Shown here: in pieces, positions 1 to 9,171 of the stretch
Numbering within the stretch: the stretch's first letter is position 1
How the letters are laid out: the number at the start of each line of letters is the position of its first letter
Source of the DNA: a bacterium
GTDB lineage: Bacteria; UBA8248; JACPRG01; G963555815
DNA length: 64,000 bases
Direction: 5' to 3'
NCBI GenBank assembly: GCA_965218795.1
Contig: OZ244653.1
Coordinates: 3,488,001-3,552,000, forward strand
The notes under the pieces: model-generated
What the model was told of the DNA's origin: nothing
Seen by the model: only the letters and a program-made list of their open reading frames with translations
Database searches by the model: none
Position numbers and translations under genes: made by a program

Positions 1-1771
1 TCGAACGCGATCTTGAAGGTGAAGCGACGCAGCGTTGCCGTGTCGAGACGTTCCCCGAAGTTGGTCGTGCAGGCGAAGGGCAGGGGGTGGCTTTCCATCC
101 AGGTCAGCATTTCGTTGACCTGGCTGACCTCCCAGTTTCTCACGGCGAAGCGGCGGTCGGCGAGCAGGGAGTCGGCTTCGTCGAAGACCAGGAAAGCCTC
201 CGCGTCGCGCGCCTCGGCGAAGGCCGCGGCGATCTCCTTTTCGGTCTCTCCGACAAACATCGACATCAGATCGGACGCCCGCTTTTGCATGGCCTCGAGG
301 CCGAGCCGTTCGGCCAGGTGACGGACGAACGCGCTCTTCCCCGTGCCGGGCGGCCCTTGCAGGCAAAGCGAGAACCGCCGCGGGCCGCTTCCCGCGAGAC
401 GGTCCGCGAGCGCGATCGGATCGACGTCGGCCCGGATCAGCGCGGGATCGAACCTCTCCGGCGTCCGTTGACGCGGCGGCGTCACGTCGGACTCCGCGCG
501 GCGAGGGCGCGCGCTTCTTCTTCGTCCGCTTCGATGCCGTGATGCGCAAGCAGACGCGCCCAGATTCGCGTTCGGACCCGGGGCGGCGGCTGGCGCAGCT
601 CCAGGGTGAACATCATGCGGCGCAGAAGGGCGGGGCAAGTCTGTCGGACGGCGTTCGAGGTCCACAGCGTGGGCACCGGAGCTTGTTCGAGAAGCCGGTT
701 CATGAACACCTTCGAGCCTTCGGCCCGGCGTCCGGAGGATCGGAGCGGACCGAAAAACGCCGCCAGGCCGCCGCCCCCGTCGGAAAGCAGGTCTTCCATC
801 TCGTCGAAAAGCAGGAGAGATCGGCGGCCCGGAGCCGTCAGGCGCTGGGCGAGCCGGAGTTCCTGAAGCCTCTCGCAGCGGGACGGCTCGCCGCCGTCGC
901 TGTCCGATTCGCCGACGCTGTAGAGCGGCGCTCCCAGCCGGGCGGCCAGGGTCTTGCAGAACTCGGTCTTGCCGGTCCCCGGAGGTCCGTACACGAGGAC
1001 GTTCACGCCCGATTCGCCGGTTCGCAGAGCCCCTTTCAGTATCCGTTCGATGTGATCGCGGTCGTCGGCTATGTGGTCGAAATCCGACCAGTCGAGCTCG
1101 CCCGGACGCGCCTCGTCGAGCAGCAGGCGCTGCGCGTCCGAACCGGCGAGATCCGAAAGCGAGACCAGCCGATCCACCCGGCCGATGAGCGTCAGGTAAC
1201 CGTCGTCGTTGGATACGAGCCCCGATTTCACGAGCGGCGCGTCGGGCGCGAATCGGCTGAGGAGCGCGTTTTCCGATACGCCGAGGAAGCAGGACATCGC
1301 CGGGCTCCTGTCGTTGAGCAAAGCCCTCCGTAACGGATGACCGAATATGCTGTCCGCCATCGACTCGATGATCGGCAGCGTGCGGTAGCGCAGCATGAAC
1401 TCCAGGATCGCCGTATCCGTTCGAGAGAGACGCATCGCCTTTCCGAGATGCCGGAGCCGCCGCGCCGTCCGGTCCGGCCGCGCCCGCATTGCCGCCGTGT
1501 ATTCGTTCCCAAGGGCTTCTCCCAGACGCCGCCATTCCGGCGCGGGGACTCCCCTTTTGGGCCGTTCGTCTCCGAGCGCCGGCAGGTCTTCGAACGCCAG
1601 CTCGCTATTGGCCTCGTCGACCCAGCCCGCCAATTCTCCCGCCACCCGAGAACGGTGACGAAGGCGCGAGGCGGCGTTTGACAGGTAGAAGAGGGCGAGA
1701 CGGCGTTCGTAGGGGGCGAGCATGGCGTACTCCGTGTCCGTGGCTTGCATGAGTAAAGATAGGAAGGCCAT
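1..1771 (-). pseudogene. Tandem-AAA+ ATPase, disrupted near 482-500; runs off the left edge
   Basis: ORF 482..1771 has Walker A GPPGTGKT and Walker B LLLFDEMED. A second AAA domain (RFSLCLQGPPGTGKSAFVRHLAERL...FLVFDEAD) continues in another frame over 1..480. Confidence 0.8.
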
Positions 1772-1823
1772 GCGTCAGATTCGGACGTACTCAGGCGTAC
1801 TCACGAATATTTTTTTTGATCAG

Positions 1824-1994
1824 CAATGCGAGCCGGGCTCGGTCCGCGTATCGGCGTGATCTTCGACGGATTAAAGGGTTTGATTGTACGATGAGGAGGC
1901 GGCCCCATGGGGCCGCCTCCTCATCGTGAAACAAAAGTTTTCCTGGGGGTCCAGGGGGGCGGCTTTCAAAAAGCGCCCCCTGGATACTTGTCCT
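1824..1994 (+). repeat. Hairpin-linker-hairpin intergenic element, copy A
   Basis: Perfect 40-bp palindrome 1888..1927, then GAAACAAAAGTTTTCC, then hairpin CCAGGGGGGCGGCTTTCAAAAAGCGCCCCCTGG at 1951..1983. Near-identical partial copy at 3012..3119. Confidence 0.9.
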
Positions 1995-2073
1995 GTGGTA
2001 TTGCGGCGCTCGAATGAGTCGAAGGACGGCAAAGTCGCGCTCCCGCGCTGCTCGGAATGTATTCGTCGGGAAA

Positions 2074-2099
2074 TGGATTTCTGCTTGCGCAGGAATGAC
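2074..2099 (-). repeat. GTCATTCC-type REP-like palindrome, single degenerate copy
   Basis: Minus strand reads GTCATTCCTGCGCAAGCAGAAATCCA, resembling the widespread GTCATTCCCGCGNANGCGGGAATCCA repeat. Confidence 0.6.
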
Positions 2100-2180
2100 A
2101 GAACAGGACCATGCAGACCGCGGCCTGGATTGGCGGCCCTGCCGAATCGTGTCTTTGGCCCGGCCTTGTTTCCGCATTTC

Positions 2181-2209
2181 TTGACATCCCCCGGGCCAGG
2201 GCTAAAAAT
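2181..2209 (+). promoter_or_regulatory. Putative sigma70 promoter of the tRNA-Arg/tadA/tRNA-Ser unit
   Basis: TTGACA at 2181, 16-17 nt spacer, TAAAAAT; about 40 nt upstream of the tRNA. Confidence 0.55.
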
Positions 2210-2248
2210 AAATCCGCGTAATCACAGAAGATGGAAACTTTGAAACGC

Positions 2249-2325
2249 GCGCCCTTAGCTCAATTGGATAGAGCGTCGGACTACGGATCCGAAGGTTGGG
2301 GGTTCGACTCCCTCAGGGCGTGCCA
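2249..2325 (+). tRNA. tRNA-Arg(ACG)
   Basis: Acceptor stem GCGCCCT/AGGGCGT, anticodon arm TCGGA-CTACGGA-TCCGA, GGTTCGACTCC T arm, encoded CCA; 77 nt. Confidence 0.97.
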
Positions 2326-2351
2326 TTTTTGTTTTGGGACCCGATTTTCCA

Positions 2352-2831
2352 GTGCCTGAGCGCGATTCGGGCTGGATGCGCCGGGCCTTGGAGCTTGCCT
2401 GGGAGGCGGCCCGCGAAGAGGAAGTCCCGGTTGGGGCGGTCGTTGTTCTGGGCGATCGGGTCATCGCCGAAGGCCGGAACGAGGTCGAGGCGAGGGGAGA
2501 CCCGACCGCCCACGCCGAGTTTTTGGCCATCCAGCGGGCAGTAACGGAAACGGGGTATTCCCGCCTCGCGGGCGCGACGCTGTATTCGACGCTCGAGCCG
2601 TGCGCCATGTGCGCCGGGGCGGTCCTGCTGGCGCGGGTTTCCCGGCTGATCTTCGGCGCGCGGGATGAGAAGGGCGGCTGTTGCGGCAGTCTCTACGACC
2701 TTTTGACCGACGGGCGGTTCAACCACCGGGTCGAGGTTCAGGGGGGGCTGCTGGCCGATGAATCCGCCCGGCTGCTGCGGGACTTTTTCCGGCCGCGGCG
2801 AAAATCGGCTGGAAGCGGGAACGGGGGCTGA
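2352..2831 (+). CDS. tadA: tRNA adenosine(34) deaminase
   Basis: EVPVGAV, DPTAHAE and TLEPCAMC zinc-deaminase motifs. Start taken as GTG 2352 (ORF track starts at 2334). Confidence 0.95.
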   Translation: MPERDSGWMRRALELAWEAAREEEVPVGAVVVLGDRVIAEGRNEVEARGDPTAHAEFLAIQRAVTETGYSRLAGATLYSTLEPCAMCAGAVLLARVSRLIFGARDEKGGCCGSLYDLLTDGRFNHRVEVQGGLLADESARLLRDFFRPRRKSAGSGNGG

Positions 2832-2876
2832 CCATCGGTTCAAAGGCCCGGCCCAGGGGCATTGAGAGCGCTCGCC

Positions 2877-2966
2877 GGAGAGATGGCCGAGTGGTTGAAG
2901 GCGGTAGACTCGAAATCTACTGTACGGGCAACCGTACCGGGGGTTCGAATCCCTCTCTCTCCGCCA
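2877..2966 (+). tRNA. tRNA-Ser(CGA)
   Basis: GGAGAGA/TCTCTCC acceptor stem, anticodon arm GTAGA-CTCGAAA-TCTAC, long variable arm, GCCA end. Confidence 0.97.
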
Positions 2967-3011
2967 AAGAATATATTGAGAAAAAGGATTTATCGTTGGG
3001 CGCACACGCCT

Positions 3012-3119
3012 CAATGCGAGCCGGGCTCGGTCCGCGCGTATCGGCGTGAGCTTCGACGGAGGGTTTGATTGTACGATGAGGGGGCGGCTTTCAAAAAGCG
3101 CCCCCTGGATACTTGTCCT
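3012..3119 (+). repeat. Hairpin-linker-hairpin element, copy B (internally deleted direct repeat of 1824..1994)
   Basis: Near-identical to copy A, but most of the palindrome and the linker are missing (GTACGATGAG joined to GGGGCGGCTTTCAAAAAG). Confidence 0.9.
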
Positions 3120-3143
3120 TGAGAGTTCGCCGGATCCGGTTCG

Positions 3144-4817
3144 TCACGTCCTTCCTCTCCGGTGGGCGTTTTCGGCATCTTGGCTCGGATCGTGCGCGTA
3201 ATCCCGAAGGGCGCCCTCTTGTGAGACCAGTCCCTCCCGAAGGTCTTTCCGAACCGCCTCCGGCGGGCGGTCGCCGGGGGGAAGGTATCCTCCGCCTCCG
3301 GAAGTGACGAGCAGGAACTCATCGCCCGGTTGCAGGATGTATCTGCTTTTCGGATGAGGCCTGACGGAATCGTTGATGATGATTTCGGTTCGGGACCCGG
3401 GTTGGGCTCCCAACATCCCTTCGGCGGGATGATGAACCCTTTCGTAAAGACAGGACAGGCGGACGGGATGCTGCCCCCTAACGCAGCCGCCAACGCGCTG
3501 ACCCAGTCCTCCGCGATATCGTCCGGGGCCGCCGGAATCCACCGCGAGAGATTTTTCCGTGAACAGGATGGGGATTTCCTGCTCTGCAATCTCGATGGGG
3601 GTGTTGGCAACGTTTCCGGGAAACGAGACGGTCGCCTCGCCGTCTTTTCCGAGACGGGCGCCCCATCCGCCGCAGAGGAAACCGAGATAAGAAAATCTCT
3701 CTCCCCACCGGTTGATTCCATCCAGCTGCAGGTCCGAAAGAATCGAGCTGTCCGCCACCACGCGCTCCGCAGCCACGGATGCCAGACACCCGAAGACGGC
3801 CGAAGAGACGAAATAGCCGGTGAGATGCCGCGCCGAAACGGCGGCCGGATAGCTGGCGTTCAACAGGGACCCCTCCGGCGCCTTGAGGCGGACGTGCTGA
3901 AAGGCGCCCGCGTTATTCGGCAGCCCGGGAAACAGTGCGCACTTGATCGAATAGAACGTGTACGCGTATGTGTATGCAAAAGGGACGTTGATCCCCCGGG
4001 GCACCTGCGGGGACGTTCCCTCGTAGTCTACTTCGACTTCTTCCTTCTCTACTGTCACCGCAGCCTGGATGGTCAACGGCTCGTCGAACCCATCGATCCG
4101 GAGGGAATGGGTGTACCGGCCCCGGGGAATCCGCGAGATGGATTCACGGGCGGCATGGGCGGTCCGTGAAAAGATTTCATCCGAAACCTCGGACAGATCC
4201 TTGATGGCGAACTCCTTCACGAATGCGATGAGCTTTTCTCCGCAGACCGCATTGGATGCCGCCAGCGCCCGGATATCCCCCAGGACGGCGCGAGGGACCC
4301 TGGTGTTCTCTCTCAGGATCTCGAATAGATCTTCGTTGGGCCGGCCGGCGCGGTAGAGCTTCAGGATGGGAACGGCCAGGCCCTCCTCGAATACTTCCCG
4401 CGCATCGGCCGAGAACACGTTCCCGCCGATGTCCACGACGTGGCCGGTGCTCCCGGAATAGCCGAGGATCTCATTTCTGTGGAAGACCGGCGTCACCACG
4501 GTCATGTCGTGCTTGTGCCCGGTTGCTTTCCAGGGATCGTTCGTGATGAGAACGTCTCCCGGCTCCAGCGTTTCGGGCGGAAACCGCTTCAGGAAATGAC
4601 CGACGGCCAAGGCCAGGGTGTTGATATGACCCGGCGTTCCGGTATCCGCCTGGACAATCATCCGGCCCCGCCGGTCGAAGACGGCGCAGGATAGGTCTTC
4701 CGCTTCACGAAGCACCGGGGAGAAGGCCGATCGGACCAAAGCGCGGGCCTGGTCGTTGGCCATGGATATCAGCCTCGTCCACAAAAGCTCCAAACGGATG
4801 GCATCCGAAACGGTCAT
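3144..4817 (-). CDS. Hydantoinase B / oxoprolinase family protein
   Basis: SAFSPVLREAEDLSCAVFD, ITNDPW...GHKHD, GHVVDIGG, DSGGPGRYRGGLG and SGGGGY motifs. Confidence 0.92.
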   Translation of the reverse strand: MTVSDAIRLELLWTRLISMANDQARALVRSAFSPVLREAEDLSCAVFDRRGRMIVQADTGTPGHINTLALAVGHFLKRFPPETLEPGDVLITNDPWKATGHKHDMTVVTPVFHRNEILGYSGSTGHVVDIGGNVFSADAREVFEEGLAVPILKLYRAGRPNEDLFEILRENTRVPRAVLGDIRALAASNAVCGEKLIAFVKEFAIKDLSEVSDEIFSRTAHAARESISRIPRGRYTHSLRIDGFDEPLTIQAAVTVEKEEVEVDYEGTSPQVPRGINVPFAYTYAYTFYSIKCALFPGLPNNAGAFQHVRLKAPEGSLLNASYPAAVSARHLTGYFVSSAVFGCLASVAAERVVADSSILSDLQLDGINRWGERFSYLGFLCGGWGARLGKDGEATVSFPGNVANTPIEIAEQEIPILFTEKSLAVDSGGPGRYRGGLGQRVGGCVRGQHPVRLSCLYERVHHPAEGMLGAQPGSRTEIIINDSVRPHPKSRYILQPGDEFLLVTSGGGGYLPPGDRPPEAVRKDLREGLVSQEGALRDYAHDPSQDAENAHRRGRT

Positions 4818-4873
4818 CCGACTCTCTCGTTCAAGCGAAGGGAACCCTCGGCGTCCCAGCCAATTGCGGGACG

Positions 4874-6957
4874 CTAACCAAGGGTGACGACAACGTTCAT
4901 GGCAGGGTCGATCTCGATTTCCGAACGATCCCCGATGGTGATTGTAGATTCCCGTTCCTCGATGATGGCCGGGCCCTTGAAGCGATTCCCGGGAAGGAGG
5001 CGGTATTGGTCGTAGATCGGGCAGGATTGGAAGCCCGTCTCTTCCCCGAGAAAGGCATCGCGCGCCTCCTTGGACGCTTCGGGAAGGGGCGCGGCGGCGG
5101 CGGTTTCCGGAAGCGTGCGCTTTGGGATATCCTCCGCGCGGCCCGTTACCCTCACCCGCCAGGTCAGGACCTCGACTTCGCAGTCCTCGTTGGCCACGTG
5201 GTAGATGCGCGTGTACTCCCGTTCATAGCGGTCGCGCAGGTTCTCCGGATCCAGCAGATCCGCCGGGTTCTCCGGAAGCTCTACGGTGATCTCATGGCCC
5301 TGACCGACATAGCGCATGTCGGCCGTGTGCCGGACGGTCGCGGCCTTTGAAACAACTCCCTGGCGGGCCACAGGGTTCGAATGGCCTCCTCCGTCATTTC
5401 CTCCAACAGAGCCCTGATCGCGGCTTCATCGAATTCCGTCAATCGTATCGGGTACGTACGGACCAGATCAAAGGCGGGGGGCGCCACGAGAAACCCCAGA
5501 GCCGAGAGCACCCCAGAAGACGCGGGAAACGCCACGCGGGCGAGCCCCAGGCTGCGCGCCAAACCGTGGGCATGCACCGGACCCGCGCCCCCGAAAGCAA
5601 TCATCGTGAGCCCGTTGAGCGTCCACCCTCTCTCGGTTCCATGAAGCCGTGCGGCTCCCGCCATGTGTTCATTGACGATTTGGTGAATTCCCCATGCGGC
5701 CTCCTCGGTGGTCAGGCCAAGGGGCCGGGCGACCCATTCATTGATGGCGCGTTGCGCCTTATCGGGAAACAGATGGAGCCTGCCGCCGAGAAAAAAATCC
5801 GGATTCAGATATCCCAAGACCAGATCGGCGTCCGTCACGGTGGGTTCAATTCCCCCTCGCCCATAGCAGGCCGGCCCGGGGTCCGCGCCCGCGCTGTCCG
5901 GACCGACTTTCAGCAGGCCCATGGAATCCGTCCGGGCGATGCTGCCGCCTCCCGCCCCCACCTCCACAAGATCGATGACCGGAATGCGGATCGGGAGCCC
6001 GCTGCCCTTTTTGTGGCGGTAGGTTCGCGCCACTTCGAACTCATTCGTCCGGAGCGGCTCGCCATCTCCGATGAGACACAGCTTCGCCGCCGTCCCGCCC
6101 ATGTCGAAAGAAAGGGTTTTGTCCCATTCCAGCGAGCGCGCGATCTGCGCCGCTCCGAAGGCCCCGGCTGCCGGTCCGGATTCCACCACGCGAATGGGAT
6201 ATTTCTCGGCCGTGTTCACCGATGTAATTCCCCCGCTCGACAGCATCACCGCCATCGGATTGCGGACCCCCCGGATTCGAATCTCTTCTCCCAACCGCGA
6301 AAGATAGTTTTTCAGCACAGGACGGGCATAAGCGTTGGCGGCTGTGGTCGAGACCCTTTCGAATTCGCGGATCTCAGGAAGGACATCCGAGGAGAGGGAA
6401 ACGAAGAGTTCCGGTTCCGATTCTCCGATGCGGCCGACCGCACGTTCGTGAAGCGGGTTTCGGTACGCGTGCAGGAAGCAAACCGCAAGACTTTCGATCC
6501 CCTCCTTCCGAAATTCGGCCAGGGCCCTGCCGACTTCTCCCTCGTCGAGGGGCACGACAATCTCCCCTTTTTCGTCGATGCGCTCGGACACTTCTCTTCG
6601 CAGCGCGCGGGGAATCAGGGGTTTTGGCATTTCAAGGAAGAGATCGTACATGTCGAACCGGCGCTCGCGGCCGATTGCGAGGAGGTCCCTGAAACCGCGC
6701 GTTGTCAGCAGGGCCGTCTTTGCGCCCTTCCGTTCGATGAGGAGGTTCGCCACAAGGGTTGTTCCGTGAATGGCGGTCGAAACCAGGGAGGATTCAACGT
6801 TGGCGGCCTCCAGGACTTCGTCCACTCCCGCAACCGCTCCCTGGACGGGATCCTCAGGCGTCGTCAAGGTTTTCCATATGTGGACGCCGCCGGTCTCATC
6901 GTCGCGCAGGACGATGTCGGTAAAGGTGCCCCCTATGTCGATTCCCATCCTGAACAT
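4874..6957 (-). CDS. Hydantoinase A / oxoprolinase family protein, one frameshift near 5370
   Basis: GIDIGGTFTD, ESGPAAG, FDMGGT, GAGGGSI and FGGAGPVH in ORF 5281..6957. The C-terminus (ADMRYVGQGHEI...GPAIIEERESTI) is in ORF 4874..5371. Confidence 0.88.
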
Positions 6958-6990
6958 GGGCTTTCCTTGAGCCCCCTTCCGCTTTCCCGC

Positions 6991-8115
6991 TTAGGGCAGG
7001 GCGGACAGAAAGGCTTCCACCTCATTGAGGGTGTTATAGCAATGGGGCGAGACCCGGACGTGGTCCAACCGTGTCATGACGTGGATATCGGCCGCTTCCA
7101 GCGCCCCGCCAATTTCTTTGGTCGAAATCTCCGGATGCCGGAAACAGATGATGCCCGACCATCCCCCGGGCTCCCGCGGGCTGATCGAAGCATACCCCCT
7201 CCCTTCCAGCCCTTCGGCGATGCGGTCCGTCAGGATTTTCACCTGCTCCGTCACGGCCGGAAGACCGATTTCCAGCAGGAGCTGAACGGCCGCATCGAAC
7301 CCGATGATTCCCGTAAGGTTTTCGGACCCTCCTTCGAATCGCTTGGCGGTCGGAAGGGGGGTCAGATCGTATTGGAGGGGATCCGGGTGCCGGCGGACGC
7401 TCTTCCACCCAATCTGGCGGAGTTTCAGCCTGTCCAGAAGGTCCCTCCGGCAATAGAATCCTGACGTTCCATGCAGCCCCAACAACCATTTGTGGCCGCT
7501 ACAACTCAAGAAATCGATGCATTGCCTGCGGACATCCACCTCCAGAACCCCAAGTCCCTGGATGGCGTCCACGCAAAAATAGATTCCCCGCTCTCGGCAG
7601 AGGCGGCCGATGGCCTCGAGATCGTTCCGCCAGCCATTGAAGAACTCCACGAAACTCAACGCCACTACGCGTGTCCGCTCATCCAGCCTGCGTTCGATGT
7701 CCTCGGGCGTGATTCGCCCATCTCGCGCCGGAACAAATCGCGTTTCCACCCCCTGACTTTCAAGGTTCAGCCATTGAAGCGCATTGCTTGGAAACTCGAG
7801 CTCGGCAGAAACCACGTTATCGCCTTGCGACCATTCGAGCCCCTGCGCAACGGCCGCAATTCCTTCCGTTGTGTTCTTCAGAAAGGCGATCTCTTCGGGA
7901 TCCCCGCCGATCATCCGGGCACAATGTGCTTTGGCTTCGGTTTCGATGCGTTCCTCCCAGCGCGCATACGCCCGATTTCCCCCTTCGACCATCTCGGCAA
8001 GAAAGGTCTGGATTGACTCCCGTACCCGGAGAGATGGCGGGGCCACTGATGCGTGGTTGAGGTAGATCAGCTTGCGGGTGATCGGAAAAAGCTTCCGAAT
8101 CTCGTCCAGTGTCAT
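6991..8115 (-). CDS. Class V PLP-dependent enzyme (C-S lyase / cysteine desulfurase-like fold)
   Basis: YLNHASVAP, VDAIQ, SGHKWL (PLP lysine), RFEGGS and RVSPHCYN. Confidence 0.88.
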   Translation of the reverse strand: MTLDEIRKLFPITRKLIYLNHASVAPPSLRVRESIQTFLAEMVEGGNRAYARWEERIETEAKAHCARMIGGDPEEIAFLKNTTEGIAAVAQGLEWSQGDNVVSAELEFPSNALQWLNLESQGVETRFVPARDGRITPEDIERRLDERTRVVALSFVEFFNGWRNDLEAIGRLCRERGIYFCVDAIQGLGVLEVDVRRQCIDFLSCSGHKWLLGLHGTSGFYCRRDLLDRLKLRQIGWKSVRRHPDPLQYDLTPLPTAKRFEGGSENLTGIIGFDAAVQLLLEIGLPAVTEQVKILTDRIAEGLEGRGYASISPREPGGWSGIICFRHPEISTKEIGGALEAADIHVMTRLDHVRVSPHCYNTLNEVEAFLSALP

Positions 8116-8650
8116 GAAGCGTCCGCCTATTTTCCCAAGGATGGAGACACGCTACCGCCTGGCTTTCCAATCGACTTGCCCCCTGTCCCGAAGGGCCAAA
8201 AGCGCTTGATTTGCCTGGTCCTGATCCACAGGGGCACATTTTGTTGGCCGGGGGACCGGGGGATCTCCGTCTCCGTGACCCAATGAAGTTGTAACACGGT
8301 TTCAGGGCTTCCTGGTGTTACCTCCATAAATTTTGCGCAGAAATCAAAGTTGCTCAAAAGGCTTGCATTTTCTGGATTTTTCCTTATTTCGAATTGATTT
8401 TCATGATCCGAGAGGAATTCCCTTTTCTGTTGACCATCCTTGCGATTCGTTGGCCGACGCTCGAAATTAGTGATAAATTGTCGAGTCTGATAAACACCTC
8501 GGCAACCGGTGACTGCTAAGAATTCAACTCGAAAAATGGAGTGGTTCCGGCAGACCTCGAGCCAGGTTGTTTTGTGGGGCGTGATTCAAGGGTTGACCGG
8601 AGCACAGCCGAATAAAGCGCCTCTGTTCGCATGGATGCAGAAATTGCTTC

Positions 8651-8742
8651 GGAGAGATGACCGAGCGGCTGAAGGTGCACGACTGGAAATCGTGTAGGGG
8701 GGGAAACCTCCCTCGAGGGTTCGAATCCCTCTCTCTCCGCCA
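8651..8742 (+). tRNA. tRNA-Ser(GGA)
   Basis: GGAGAGA/TCTCTCC acceptor stem, anticodon arm CACGA-CTGGAAA-TCGTG, long variable arm, GCCA end. Confidence 0.97.
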
Positions 8743-8754
8743 AAAATTCAAGTG

Positions 8755-9027
8755 GGTCGTGCTAGGCGGGGCGTTAGCGGTGCCCTGTCGCCCGAAATCC
8801 GCTACATGCGGGGCTGAATTCCCCACAGCGGCCGGGCCGCACGGTTGGATGTCTCCCGGACGGGAGGCGTTGAGGGCTGGGTCTTGTGCGACGGGCGCCT
8901 GTGAACCCCGTCAGGTCCGGAAGGAAGCAGCGGTAAGCAACGTGTCCCGTGTGCCGCAGGGCTGCCTGGCCTGAGCCGATCGTCCTGGACGCCGCCGGAC
9001 GGGGCGGTCAATGTGGGGTGCACGACC
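8755..9027 (+). ncRNA. ffs: Signal recognition particle RNA, large (Alu-domain) type
   Basis: Helix-8 core TCAGGTCCGGAAGGAAGCAGC at about 8911-8931. The 5' part GTGCTAGGCGGGGCGTTAGCGGTGCCCTGT resembles Bacillus scRNA. Ends pair (GGTCGTGC/GCACGACC). Directly upstream of dnaX. Confidence 0.92.
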
Positions 9028-9171
9028 ACGATTTGATTCATCCGGACGGACGCCGGGCCCGCCGGCCGTCCTTCCGGAAAATCCCGGGGTCGATGGGAAA
9101 ATCCGGCGGATTCCTCCCCTTTGCCCCCGGCGAACAGCCGCCCCCTTCTTCCGGAAAAGGCGCCCCGCCTC

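Noticed and set aside
5347-7464. 705-aa plus-strand ORF and other long antisense ORFs (12726-14168, 15525-17051, 41008-42342, 45652-47544, 62126-63466)
   Set aside because: They shadow well-supported genes on the opposite strand, as is typical in GC-rich DNA, and carry no motifs.
2940-8745. Prophage or ICE with att sites at tRNA-Ser
   Set aside because: No integrase or phage genes, and both repeats belong to complete tRNAs.
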